Source: Trichoplax adhaerens | Lineage: Eukaryota; Animalia; Placozoa | Reading direction: 5' to 3' | DNA: 64,000 nucleotides | NCBI RefSeq assembly: GCF_000150275.1 | Contig: NW_002060943.1 | Location: forward strand, 4,236,008 to 4,300,007 | Part shown: piece after piece, positions 37,901 through 52,729 of the stretch | Numbering within the stretch: the stretch's first letter is position 1 | How the letters are laid out: each line of letters opens with the position of its first letter | Program-made: the position numbers and the translations under genes | Notes under the pieces: generated by a model | Seen by the model: the letters and a program-made list of their open reading frames with translations, nothing else | Databases searched by the model: none | What the model was told of the DNA's origin: nothing

Positions 37901-39104
37901 TTCTTGAAATATAGATGGTAAATTTTATCAATAGATGTTGAAAATAATTTATAGCGTAGCTGACAGAGATTAGTTGAATGTTAATCTTGCATTAAAATAA
38001 GACGTTATGAACGAATCAAATAGATTCCAATGACATAACTTAATTTATAAGGTTACAAATCTAATGTTTGCTAAAATTACTTTTTTAAAAACCACTTAAT
38101 AATTTTTCAAGAAAGTAAAAAAAATGAATATTTTATCATCATTAATGATGAACAGTGTTGCTGATCCAATCTTTCCATTAATAGAATAACGTTAGATTAC
38201 AGTACATAAATGAGATAAGTTAATAACCGTTGCAATAAAATGGGGCTTATTTTACCTAGGCAATAGCAATCATGTAAATCAAAAAATATTTAATTGGTCA
38301 AGACAGTAGCTAAGCATTCTCAAAAAACGATTGCTTCAAATATCTATCACTTGATTGAAAGCATCTACCGATTAAATTGAAATCAATGACAAAAACTAAT
38401 ACATACTTAATAGAAAATATTCAAAACAATTCATGCTGCCATCGCGGCAATCTTTAAAGTTAAAAGAAGTCGATTGAAATAGTGTAATTCGTAGGTGAAA
38501 TTTTTTAAGCTATAATTTAATGGTGTTCTATTGGATAAACTTGTAAAATGGCCTACGAAACAGATAGTCTTAAAGGTTCAAGATAATAAATAAAAGCGCC
38601 ATAACAAGGAAATTATCTTTTTCTCTTAAACGACTGAATAATGGTAATGTACAACCTGTATATAAGAATATTACTATCACATCAAGTTTAAAAATTGAAT
38701 TGAGCAGGATAAAATGGACTATTGCCTGATCTCAAAGTGTTATTTTTATCCGAGCATAAATTGTAATTTTGATTTGTGTAGACTAGCAATGTTGCCGCCT
38801 CTTTTCTTAATATCAGCCGCCTTTTGCACAGAGTTTGAGAAATGAAAGATGATCATTTATAGGTTCTGCTGATATTTAAGTCGAACTTGTTGATAGATAT
38901 CGATTTTACGAGTACTGCCAGGTAGATTTTGCCTAATTTTCATGGATTTACAAGTTGGATTATCTCCTTACGAAGAATACCAGGATAGAATGCCATGCAT
39001 CACTGGCACATCAACGATATTTCAATTCAATTTATTTTCAATACTTTTGGAAATTTTACTTCTATATTTATTGTCTCATCTGATGTGATATATCTATCTT
39101 TAAA

Positions 39105-42100
39105 TTACTTCAATAAGGCCATTTTCGAATCAGTGTCGCTTAAAGAATCCGATGAATCTGATGATTCTGATGGCTCATCCAATTGAAGTTTACCTACATC
39201 TGATTTGAGAGTTTCCTTGAATTCTGAAAGAGTCAATCGTTGACGGACCCTGTTAGCAGGTATTGACGTATGATTATCATGATATTCTTTCACCGATTCT
39301 GGCTTGGCTTCGCTTTCTTTAGAAGCCAGATGACCAGGATTGTCCGCAATAGGTTTATTGTCTTCATTACAACTTGATCGAGCCAATCGAGAGTGGTTTG
39401 GGTGCTGATCTTCATAATCTAAGTCTGCCGATTCTACCTTGGATACGCCATCTGTTTCGGCTTCATTTTCTTTAGATATCAGATGGTTATATTTCTCCTT
39501 CAAACCCATTGATTTTATATAATCTCTGATTTCGCGCCTTTCTTTTCTAGATTTAGCTCGACGGTTTTTGAACCAAACCTATTAAATATCATGGAATATG
39601 ATTTTAAGGTTCTATTTCTATAATTGATAATTAGGCTAACTATTTACAGTATCTTTTCTTAATTCTTGACTACAGCATTTATACCCTTACTAAATGTACT
39701 AATGTAGTTGGAATCAAAATGAGGAGAGAGAAATTAAAGATTCTGTCGAGTTTAAATATTGCAAAATTGATTTTAAGCAGCATTGTTGAAAGTTAGATTG
39801 AAATTAATAGCCTTATGAAGGATTATATTAGTCGTAAATAAGCTAATCCAGATAATTGGTGATAATTGAGGTATGCGTTTTGTATTGCTTTAGAACATCT
39901 TTTATACATTCAATTCAACTTGTATTTTTGTACTTTAATCCTATTGGTATCGAGCTTAAGATGAACAAGATGTCTCATGTTTTTGTTGTAGGAATAAATG
40001 TTCATCTACAGTACGATCCATTGCGCGTTTAAAATTGATTGCGTTTAAATTTCAAAATGAATTAATTGGGAGTTAGTAAAAGTTGAGATAAATCAACGAT
40101 TTTAATTAGGAATGATCCAAAATGAGACTGAAAGGGAGTTTTATCGTTACTTATATTGATAAACGAGCACTGGTATAGACTACGATAATTTGTTAATTAA
40201 TTAGGCTAGCTAAACCAGTTGAATGTATTGAATTTCTGAATGGGATTACATCATTATTATCGCTAGGCACAAGATGGAGCCAAATAAAAGTCAATTAGCA
40301 AGGCTATTGCTTCAAACAATGCAACTTGATTAGCTTATTAAATATCCCTGAGGATAGAAGAGAACCGATAGGAGATGGCGAACAATGCCATCGTAGTTCT
40401 ATTCATTTTCCAAACTTAAAATAACAAAGCCATAACGATGTTGATCAATGGATTCCATGCTTGTAAGTTAGAGGTAATGAAATGTAAATTAATGAACTCT
40501 AAATTAATTGTATGTAAAAATTTTACAACTTGACTAAAAGTCCAATTTTCATGAAGTAGAGAAATTTTTGAAATTGATATTCATGTCTATTACAGCATAG
40601 CAACGATCCTTCAGTAGGATTGGTAAAAATAGATGAAATTGTTCTTTAATAGGTTAACTAAAAATATCTGATTTATGCCATGGAGTGGAGGCACAAGTTA
40701 GGGCTCATATTGATGAATTGAATACTATAATATTATTGTCGAAGTCGCTAAAGAAGACAATTTAGTACTTTACTTAATCGAAAATCCTATAGGCTGTTAT
40801 TTCATCTCTGATAGTTAGTATTATTCTTGTTATTCACAGTGAACTTCTATACATAGAAGCCTGCTTTGTCTATTATTTAAAACATGTTTTAAGTTGATAG
40901 CGATATATGAAACTGTTTTGATTCACCTTCTGCTCGAAAAGATGGAATTAATAGGCCAACTGAACCTGATCTATAATTTGAATCATTTTAGATTAACATG
41001 TACGAATACTGCTGTTGTACGGTAGACTTGTTAATATCTACTATAGTTTTCAAATAATAAGATTAATAAGCAAAAGGGCAAAATAAAAAGCAAATAGCAG
41101 TTGCAACTATAGGTGAAAAACGAGAAAATTAGTTTATAATTTTTTCGCTTCCCTTTAACGGCTAAATAGGTGCTAGCTAATGATATATAAGTATAAGCTC
41201 AGGATAGAGCCGTAGAGTTATCTTTAAAGTAAGATAAATTAAAATAGTCGAATAATAGTAATAGTAATTGTAGTATAAGATATAATTAGAAAATTCTTAG
41301 TTTAAAATCGTTTCTAGACTGGAATGCATAGGGTGTTTATTTCCTTAAATTAAGAATGGATAAATAGCTATAATATTAAATCCGGATTACTGCAAATTTA
41401 GTTGTAAGTCATAAGTCAATATTTCCGTCAAGACATTATCCATTCTGTGGCTGTTATGGGGAATAATGGGTTGTATCATATGAAACTAGATTAATCTGTT
41501 GCAAAAGATCCCAGTTATAATTGGCGCGATATCTTAGTACCGCACAAAATCGTGAATATGAAAAGATGTCATAGTAATTTATTATTGATTAAAAATAGGC
41601 AATTAAATACTGTATGATTGCTTTGTTGTTATTTAATATAATTTTACTACCCGAACTGTTTAGTCATTGCCATGATGGCATAATTTACCTCGACTCGCTC
41701 TTCTTTTAAATCGATTTTTTGAGCTATTCGTTCTCGCATCGTGACATCGGGATATTGCGTTTGTTCGTACAATTTCTCCAATTCAGCTATTTGTTCATCG
41801 GTGAAGATAGTTCGATGTCTTCTTTTCCTTTTCTGATTTTTACCGTAGTCAGCATAGTTCAAAGCTGGATGATTATTAGGTGGAAAATAAGGTATGCCTC
41901 GCATACCTGCGTGGGGTATCGACAGTTGGCTTAGTGCTGGGTGAGAAAGAGCTGTGGATGCTGTCGGTAGATGTGATAATCCAAATGGTGGAGCCGTAGG
42001 TAATCCTGCTGTTCTATAACTATAATTATAATTTGGACTGCTTAATGGAGCAGTCGTGACAAGACGACTTGCCGTAGGGTTTTCAAAGTACGACATAGGA

Positions 42101-42910
42101 TATTTAATAGGAAGAGATCGCGGATCTGGTGTATATCGATGATTAGGGATTGAATTATAAGTCAATGGAGTTGCATGATGAGGAACTGCTTCAGGTGGCG
42201 GCATCATACCACCACTCATAGCCATACAACTGGCAACCACTGTAACAGAAAGTTTCGGATAAATTATTTCCATATTATCATTAAGAGAACGATTTCATAT
42301 TGTATATGGTACTGGACAGCAGAGTCGAAATAATTAATTTAAAAATAAAGTAATTTAGTGATCAATAATGGCTAACTCACTATCGCTATTTTGACTAATA
42401 ATAGCATTCTATTTTAGCCATGAAATTTAAAAAATATAAAGCTTTTCTCAGATAACAATATAACATGATTTTCCAATAAGAGAGAAACTAACAATTGATA
42501 TAAATAGATAAATGATGACGCTATCTATAAGATTAACTAGATAAATTAGATAAGATGATTTTTTACTATTCTTTGTATTCTATAAGAGTAGTACTGTGTT
42601 GCAAAGGTGTAATTAGAGAAGTCTGTAATAAATTAAAGATCGATTTATTGAATTGCAGATAATAGCCATCTACGTAAAAATGCTAATATCGCTCAGCTAC
42701 AAATTAGTCGAATTGATTGATTTTTATAGTTATACTCGAGTTTGCAAGAGTAAACATGCTTGCTGATTTACCTGGAGTTATATCATTTGTTGCTCGGTAG
42801 TGAGCTATAGCTTCTGGCATTGTTGGAAGCCGCTTTAGCCACGGTGTAGTATTAGGCTCATCAGACGATAAAAGGCTGTCAATACTAAAGCGCTTGCTAT
42901 CTACTGCCAT
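39105..42910 (-). CDS. GSC: Goosecoid, K50 paired-class homeobox transcriptional repressor; 3 exons, 387 aa
   Basis: Exons 42910-42772, 42239-41689 and 39578-39105 sum to 1164 nt. There is an N-terminal eh1/GEH motif FSIDSLL. The homeodomain [46 protein letters not shown]|VWFKNRRAK has Lys50 and the PRD-class intron between residues 46 and 47. Confidence 0.95.
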
Positions 42911-45900
42911 TTTAAAAAATTCTCTCCAAGACACTTATAGCAATAACATAGAACGCAGGAAGTAAAATTTTAAAGTAAAAGTCTATAGCTTTTACTTTTC
43001 TATTGAGGTACTGATTCCTAAATAATTTTAGGAATTAATTGTATTCTTTCAATTAGGAAGTATGGAAAATTAAATTGGTCAAATCAATGATACAATCCAA
43101 TCGGTTAAATATTCTTATATTGGCTGCTTTTAAATTGGATTCGCAATCGGCAATTCTATTCAATATTTCGAACAGGATGCAACAGGTGTTAAAATAGCGT
43201 TGATAGTAAAAGAGATTTGAACCGTATTTAAAGGAATTCTTGTTGATCAAGTTGAACTGAACAGGTCATTACCGGAAATTTTTTTATTGGTTATATCAGT
43301 AGAATAGAATGATATGGAAAGGAAAAAATTAGATAGAAGAAGACTAAATGCATTTTTGAAAGAATAATTATTCTACTTATAAATATTTTTTCAAGAGTTA
43401 GCGCATTAATAAACAGAGTCATGATAGAATGTGAACTTACATGAAAACACAGAAGGAATATTCGAAATTCAACTCAATTTGATGAAGATATCCCAGAAAT
43501 GACTTTACAAGGTATAACTTTCTTTCAGTATTGATGATATCATTAGAGTAAACTGATGAAGAACGAAGAAAGTAATTTGGGCACAAGAGCAGACTGATTC
43601 AATTTTTAATCTAGTTTTTCCTCTAAACAGTAGCAGTAAGTAAATTGAGACGGTAAAGAAATTAGTCAGGAAACTAATACATATTCAACGCGATGGTAGT
43701 GACTAGACGTGCAGGAGAAAAAGTGTTACCCAATGTTGATATGTCCACAGTAATTATAGCATGTTTAAACAATGATGGAATTGATTTGTTACGATAAATG
43801 TGGTACTGTTAGAATAATATCATTAATGTGCAGTCATAGTCGTCACGCAACCTTTTACTCATAGTCAGCCCACTAGGTAAACAACGTATTATTACCAATC
43901 CGATTGATTATAATGATGAATAGAATGGCATTCTTTTTCTATACGTTATGTACTTTTGATGAGACGTTAAGGGGAAAGAAAAGAAATAAAGTTGACTTAT
44001 ATTAGCATATAGTATGTCCAGATAGTCTTATTTGAGAAGGTGTGGGAAATTCCAAAAATTTTCAAAAGTTAGCCATAGATAGTATGAAATTAAGTTGTTA
44101 CAGAGCATGAAATAGTTTCTTTCTCTATGTCAATTTATAAGTAACAATTTTTTTCTTTATCTCCTCCTCTTTTTTCCTAATATTTCCCCAATATTATGAC
44201 AGTAAGCTCAATTATTATTTTTTGCCTTTAAGTAAGTTGATACTAATACTATTTAATACTGTATTTTAGGAGTTAAAAAAACAAATGCAATAGTGATCAT
44301 CATGATAAAACTGTTGAGATAGATAATATCATCAATTAATCGATTGATTGTTAGATTACGGACTCATTTCATAGGCATTGTTACTAAATAGTTTAGTTAG
44401 ATGATGAACTTAATGATTAAATTAATGAAAATAATAATAATCGTCGCTATGATGATAAAGAAGATAAAAAAGATCTCATTTCAACTTAGTTGAAAAGATG
44501 GACCGTCAAAGAAATGCTGATACAATTAATTGTCATGCAGATTGCAATTTTTTTTGCACTATTTTCCATTTCTCTGGTATACCAATACATAGTATTTATC
44601 ACGATGAAAAGATACGTAGTTCTGAGGGAAATGAAGAGGGGAGTGGAAGAAAAACAATTCAAAGTATCATCATCATCAAATAAAGCTAAGCAGTTTGAAT
44701 ATTGCACAATAATGAAAGAATGCCTAGACCTAAAAACAATATGGTTTTGATTGATTGTTGCCAATTCAATGAAATCTAGTTATTTATTTTTTGGCATGGC
44801 ATTCGTATGTTAACATTAATCAGACGGTCATCAACTATTTTATGATTATAGTCAAGTCTTTGTTCATGATATCTTTAGCATGTTATGAAAGGAATATGTT
44901 GTGTTTAATATCAATTATTGTTATACTGGTAGCTTCATAAATCGATTCAAAGCGTTTATCTATACATTGCCAATTACAACTACTATACAAGTACTCATAT
45001 CAGTGGGGCTAGAAAAGCTATTTATTACATTTAATGAGCTACTTCCCGAGCGATCGTTATTGTCCACACCAACTATTCAAACAGATGATTGTTGTATTGC
45101 TATGGTGGAAATATAATCACAATATCAGTACTCCACGTAAATCAGTTATTAGTATTGATTACTACAGGCGATATAATTTTTTATCATAAGCAAGTATAGT
45201 AATGATATAAAATTTTCACATTGATGATGAAGGTCTCGATTAACAAGTGTTATCAAATCTATTCGGTGGCTACGGTTTTATCTCTATCACAATTAAATAA
45301 AAATCTATTTTCGAGTAACTACTTCCTTGTTGATATTCAGTTTTCGATATACCCAATTTACCGGTAATTACATAGTTCTTTCATTAGATTATACTCTATT
45401 ATCAATAGTAATGAAAAAGATTAGACTGAATGTTGATTAGCTCCACGATAAATTACCGACATAGTAAATAAGAATTATCATGATCCTATTTTCTATGCCG
45501 TTTCATTAATTATTTTTTTCAACATAGTTTGTAAACTAGATTTAATTTCAGTATAGTTCTACATTAGGCTTCAATAGAAGCCAATAACGATAACAGAGCT
45601 AAAAAATCGGGCAATTCTATTAAAGAACAACTACCATAACTTTAGCTTACATTATACAATTTATATTGACGTATTTTACTGAAAAAATGATGCTACACAC
45701 TTTGTAACCATGCTGGTCTAGGTCGTTATCATTAAGCCTTTATCATTTTTATTGAGTATTCAGGATATGTATTACGGGAATCGTTTTATATATTGTGCAA
45801 TATATTATTCTATTTCGCAAATTTAAGCGAGTACAGTGTAGTATACATTAACTTGATAAATACCTTGCAATAATAGTTTTAAAAAGGATCAGCTTCTAAA

Positions 45901-48900
45901 TTACTAATTTTATTTTATTACAGTAATAACTGTATTTACAGCAATAGCTTTGATAGCATATGCTAATGCTGGTTACTCATGCCGTAGATTACAGACAGTT
46001 CTCTAGTTCCATTTAGAAGATTCTTTTTCTCATATTCATCCTCCTCAAAATGCAGACTACTATTTTAAAGACAGAACTGGTGCTAGAGCTATTAGAGTGA
46101 GGCCATGCCATATTTTCATTACATGGTGTCATCGGTAGCTACTTTTAAGGGCGTAGATTATAGTTATTTACAAAAGGTAGCCTAGGATGGCTATTTATTT
46201 CCTCGTGTCTTTTTAATGTGAATTATGATTGCTTTTACAGGATAATAGAATATCCTGATTCTGAAATCTTTTCTAACCATGATGCGCTAGTAATGATCCC
46301 AAGAAGAAGTCTTAGCTACAGCAAAAACTAGTAGAATTTCATTAATACTAATATTACACAATTGATGCGAAAGCCAAGATTGTCTCTAGTCACTGATATG
46401 AAAGAGGAAGTTTAGATCGCATTACTATTTTAGGTGATCCACATAAAAGTGAATAACTACAACAACAATTAACAACAAGGTACTTCATGATATATTCATT
46501 TTAATCAAAAGCTTTAATTTGATCAGGGTAATCTTAATTTCTTATTTTTGTTGTATTTGTTTTACGTCAGACAAATTCATTCTCTTCCTTAGCCGATTAC
46601 GATGACAACAGCTGATGATTTTTTTTATATCAATTTCAATTCTTGAATATACAAACGTCATGATAGACTTAATTGGCTCTTTAACACATTCATGTTTGGT
46701 TTCAATAACAATTCTTAATTGATGTTGTCAATCGGATATCATTAAATGCCTTCTCAAATACTTTAATTCGCGGTAGCTAAAATAAAATACATTATTCAAT
46801 TAATAGCAAGCCCTTCTAACCAAGATGACTAATTGATTATTGCATTGTTGATTTAATTCAATAAATTGTTAATGATCACCTTATTGTTTTTCATTCAAAT
46901 GATGATGACATTGTTTACGTGTATTGTCTGTAGGGATAAGATCGTAGATAGTGAGATAGATAGATTAGTGGGTGCAATATGTAATGTCAAAATAAATATA
47001 ATCATACCATCTTGGCTCGAAATAGATATGTCCAGTATTGTTTTAATAGTGTCAGAGTCGGAGGATTAGCATATCATTTTTGAAGATGATGATAACAATA
47101 TAGGTTATTCAAGACCCCGATCATAGTCGAATAGTAGGGATTAATCGTATTAGGTAAAATCTGCACTACAACTGCAAGTGTGTAATCGATATGTTAATGA
47201 GAAGAAGTCGCGTTGGATGAATAAGGAATCCAATCGAAATCTGTTCAGCAGACAGTATGTAAAGTATTAAACGATTTTGTCTCGATAATCGTCGACTTTG
47301 TTAACATAAGGTCGAATGGCACAATATTGCTAGAATTCATCGGCATCATTTGTGTACAATTAAGGCGTCGCATGATAGCTCTTTGTTATGTTGTAAATAA
47401 ACAGATCAATTGTTGTAATATTTTGGAGAATTAGATCCATGCCATCTTAGCTTTGCTATCTTTGCACTAATGCAGGCAGTAGTAAACTTATACTACTGGA
47501 AAATTAAGAACTATGATCTAATATACAATCAACAATATGAAATGATTATGTTGACGTAGATTAGGGGTAAATAGATGAAAAATAAAATATGAACAAGTTT
47601 GAAAAAATTTTGCAATTTACACTCTTTCAGATAGAAACAATTTTTATCTATGGACATATTAATACATAAACACGTACATTTATACTGTACATACATTGGA
47701 TTAAATATTGAATTTTACATCTTTAATATGATATGTGAATTTTATTTGTTAATTCAGAACAAGTCCTATCGAATAGTAACAGTTTAACAGCGGATTTACA
47801 AGACTGATTGTGATAAATAATGATAAATCGTAACAGAAATAATATCCGGACAACTTGTTAATGTCTATATACGGTACAATAATAAAGTTGAGAAGGAACA
47901 GGATTGGACATATTGACAACCGTCCTGCTAAATGGTATTTTCAAGTATCATGAGATATAGCAACGAAGTTAAGTATTTGCCATAGTTACATAAGAGTTAT
48001 TAAATATTACGACGTTGATCATAAAATGACAATCATATATTATACGAGCAAAACTCGTAAACTAGCCAAACCCTAACATTAGCCAGATATGACCTGTAAT
48101 TAAAGGGCGGAATTTTGATTATGCCATCAGTTTGAAGAAATCATTTAAACGATTGAAACGAGGTATAATATCGATGGATTCATGACTTGAAATATCTTTA
48201 TCGTTTATATTACATAAGGATAATTTGGCATAAAAAACTGTAGGAGACCGTAGCGCTATTTTAATACACCAATATTCTTATATTGATAAAAAGTCGTAAT
48301 CTCATGTTTTATAGATCTAAATTTTAGTTACACGCAAGAATGAGCTGTGAAGTAACTAGTATATTTCTGTAATCGTGATTATACCGTAGGCCGCCGTTTA
48401 CAATTGCTTATACAGCATTAACAAAGCGAGATGCATACGGTTATACATCTTTCCGTACGGCACTATTCGGTGACCAAATCATTCGTATGATATGCTGTAG
48501 TTATGCTACTTCTAATCATCGGCATCTCTAGTAATCGCTGTAAAATTAGATAGGATTAACTAAAGTAGCTACTTCGATAACGTAATATCTTGCCAACTAG
48601 CGCTATAAACAATTTATAAAGGCATTGAACTTTTTTTTGTAAAAATGCCAATTGCAAATGAAGGAGGGGCCAAATTTAAGTAATTCAAAACGCTTTGATA
48701 CAACTAATCTTTTCGCTAGACCGATAGAAACACATTTATTAACTATAATAATCTTATAAGCAGCTAAATGATGACTATTTTTGTGAAAATGCTAGTAATG
48801 TGATGATTGGAGATGGATAGCTTTAAGATTGTGTTTTAAAACAAGATCAAAGCTTTTCAACGTAATTTGCATTTTTGCTATCTTAAGGGATCAATTTGTT

Positions 48901-51900
48901 TATCGCGAAACTTTTCAAGTACTTGAAAAACAATTATCTACGATTTATGATCTTATTCAATACTATTAAGGGGCTTTTATTCATTCTGAATTAATTATAA
49001 CATTAAGAATCAGGGAGTGATTATAACTAATTGGTGCTAAAGTTGACAAAAGTCGACTTAAATTGATTAGATTTTACTTTTTAATTGTATGTTATGTTGA
49101 CCTTTCCTAATGCTCTATCATTTAAAAAATTGATTAAGGAAGTACTCATTCCGCATCATTGCTATGATTGGTATTTTTAGTCATACAGGAATTCGGTAAA
49201 AAAATACTGCATATTGGCTTATGTACAAATAGCTTGATAAGTTTTACTACTCCGTACAAGTATCATCCTTGTCGATAATCATCCGATTTAAGACGGAGGA
49301 GGGTGGAGCCCAAGTAATTAATTAGTGGTAAGAATGAAATGACTTTTCATATTAATAGTATTAGTGTCGGCGTATGTCAACAGAGCCAAACTGTCTGCAT
49401 CTTAACGATGCATGCCTGTATGACAACGTTGTTAGCATCTAATTGTTAGATCTTTTCTAACGAATTCTTAATCCTGTATAATAATTAGTCTATGTCGTAA
49501 TATACTCTCAACAATGTGTGATTTTTGTATTAAGGCATGTAATTAGAACTAAATTCATTCCTCCCATCTACTTTTATTGTCATTCGCTTTATAATTACAT
49601 TCTTTCTACCTCTCTACCTTGATACAATCTTATATAATCGAGCTAAAGTATAGTTAATCCAACATTTTATTATTAATTTTTCATAATATTGGCACAACTG
49701 TTGCCCGCTGAAACAGCCAAAGCTATGTCGTATTTTATGAGTTTCATAGACTAATATTTGCTGCATATTCTATAGATTCGGTATATTTTACTGCTTGGCT
49801 CATATGTTATGATATAGGGAATTTATTTCTTCTACTGACATTGATAATGCGTGTAAAAATATTCAATTAGTTATTATTTTTAATATTTATATGACTTTCA
49901 AAATTATTTTAGCGAGATTAGGCTTTAAAATCGCCCACGATTTAAATCTACTGTTTTGTATTTTTCCATTTGGCTCAAATACTACAATGCATTACACTAC
50001 TGTTGTACAGAGTGGACCTTATAATATAGGATAATCAGCTAATCAATAATGGATAACAAATAAATACTGCAATGTAATAGGATCATGCATATTCTCCAAC
50101 TTTAATTCTTTAATGAAATATTTACCGTATAGTCATAGCTATGGTTGCGACGGCGTAATTTTGTTGTATAGAAATATCATATCTGGTTACGATACAATTT
50201 ATGCGGCTTTCATGGATTACTTTCTGCTATGCAGATATCTTTACATTATTTCCTTTTGAGTTTAAATATTTAATCATTAGCATAATTTCAATGTTTGGCT
50301 TTTAATTATAATTCTATGCTATTTGCGAGATCTCTACTATTTTCTACAGTATATAAATAAAAACTCTACGATGCTATGGTTTTCAGCTTAAGTCATTATT
50401 ACTATTTATATTACTCGGCTGCTTCTCAATCTTACATACGTTACAAATTTGCAATCGTCAAAATGCATAGTTCATGAAGTTCTCTACTAAACATTATCTT
50501 ATGGTGTTATCTGTCCTTAATACCATAGCATCCTTAAACGATTATACGACCACGCGAACATGCCAAGGCATATCTTAACGCAGTTATAATATGCACCGCC
50601 ACATACTTAATGTAGCTACTCTGCCTAGTAATTATAATTACTAAATTCTATCTTTACTGCTCTAACATTTCCTATGATCTGAACTAATGTCAATTTATAC
50701 AACATTTTTACAGAGCAGTCATTCGCTCTTTTTCGGTTAGCAAGGTATTGACGAAAGTCTCTTGAAATGTGGAATGTGAATTAAATTCTAACCTAGATGC
50801 ATGAATTTTACCACATCTTTTTTTATTCCACAGAACCGTATTTGAATTGTGTATGATATTTGCAATAAGGAGATATATCACTCTTAGCGCTAGGGTAGTA
50901 GAATGCTGTTAATGAAGTATATAAATGGCAGACTTCTTTAGGAGGGAGTTTAAACAGAAGTCAAGATTTAGCCATGCATAATTACGTGGTCGATGTTTAC
51001 TGCTGTAATATTCAACACTAGTTTTAAGTAATAAACGATTTTTAACCATTATTTTAAAAATGACGTTTTGACAATATAATGATCTACTGTATATCGCACA
51101 CCATACTGTCTATGTAAAGTATAGACCCGATATTGTGATCAAGTGTCTTCAAAATAAGAAAACAAGAGCTACACTTTCTTGTCAACTTTACTTTATTACA
51201 TAAGTTAAGCTCATCTTACGACTACTATAGTACGATTCGTGTTAATATAATTTTGAAATGGGCGATTTTTGCAAACTATCCAGATATTCAATTTAGCATA
51301 ATATCAAGAATTGGAATCTTTTACTAGCAAGTGAATTGTTAAGATATGTCTGTGAACTGGGTACAACAATTAAATATATTGTAGTCAGAACTCTTGTTCG
51401 CAGGCATGGTGTGCGAATTCAACTAGTAAATACGCGTATACTGCTGTGCCGGTTAGGCATACTGTACAGTGTAGAGCAAGATCCAGTCGAGCGAATTATT
51501 GGTGTACAAGGTCTTGAATTCAAGGATATTATTTGATAGTAACCTGGAAAAGGGCAGCTGGGTTTATGCAAATATGCGCCCCTACCGGCTAGGTCCAGAA
51601 GAAAGGTAGAGGTCCTTGAAAGAGCAACATCATGGATAAAATGATGGCATTGAGTTGCATTGCTTGCTTGGGATATGCTGCTGTGTAGGTTATGTATACA
51701 GCCAATGCAGGATCTAGTCGAGCAAATTACTATTGTAAAAGGTCCTTATAAGTGAAAATCAACGTCACTTTATCCAGTTATTGCTGTGAAGTTGCGTTGC
51801 AAACAGGGGATATGGTGTGTGTCCATAGCGTTAAACTTATGTCCGTTTGAATACCAATGAATAAGTTTGGAAATTACGCAACAGCTAACAGTACTACGTA

Positions 51901-52059
51901 CAGTATGTGTTTCGGTGCAACACATTGCCAACACGCTGTGGATTAGATTCTTGTTCTCATTAATTTAATTATTGCTCTACTGTTCTTAAATCGTGTGATA
52001 AAGATCTTTCATGTCAATTCTATCATGATTGAGCTAATGAATTGTGAGCTACTAGATTC

Positions 52060-52500
52060 CATTGGATGAAAGAAGTAGAGTCCTGTGACTATCATGAAGG
52101 ACAGTCATTCTATCTGCATTGCTCGTCGTATAGCTTCCGTAATCCAAACGAATCCTTCCTAAAGCTCAAACAACACTTACTATAACTCATCATCGATGTC
52201 TTGTTACACTTTTACCTCTAAATTTGAAATCGAAGCCAAATTATAGCTAAAATTGGACTATTGAGGTGAAGGAAAGACTAAAAAGTACGATGACCATGTG
52301 GACGATGAGCTATCTTATTTAATGTCAAGAGGCGGATGGCAGTAAACGTGTCATGACGAAAGTTATATAAAAAAAGTATCTTGGAGCGATCGAAGCCCTT
52401 AATGATCATTACAGGACTGTATAAGCACAGATTATAGAGACTATTACGACAGGAAGAAACAGAAAGGTTTGCAAAATTACAACATCGATCCATGGGCGGC
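52060..52500 (+). mobile_element. Highly decayed Ty3/Gypsy-like pol relic (RT end/connection/RNase H), with frameshifts, stops and deletions
   Basis: Colinear fragments in shifting frames: KEVE, SFL, TYY, LPLNLKSKPNYS*NWT, EVKERLKS, *PCGR*AILF (cf. SPxGLGAIL), QEADGSKRV, KKY..IEAL/MIITGLYKHR and RLLRQ..FAKLQ. Their order matches the Gypsy RT-connection-RNase H consensus as recalled; recognised by eye only. Confidence 0.4.
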
Positions 52501-52729
52501 AAAGGGGAGAAGGAGTCGGTAGCCATGGAGAGCGATGCCTTCAGTGCTGGGTGACAATGAGCATGAACAGTACCCTCATCAGGCACAGTTGGTACAGTGC
52601 AAATACTGTAGGCTTCCTACTAGCTGTACTGTACTGTACACTAGTGTACAGTACCAAGACTATACAGTATAGAGTGCTGATACAATACTTGGCACCGTAT
52701 ACAGTAGTGTGGGCACTGCTAACCTGTGG

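Noticed and set aside
33800-47150. Scattered TAATCC/GGATTA (K50 homeodomain) sites around goosecoid suggesting autoregulation
   Set aside because: The number seen is about what AT-rich composition predicts, with no clear cluster.
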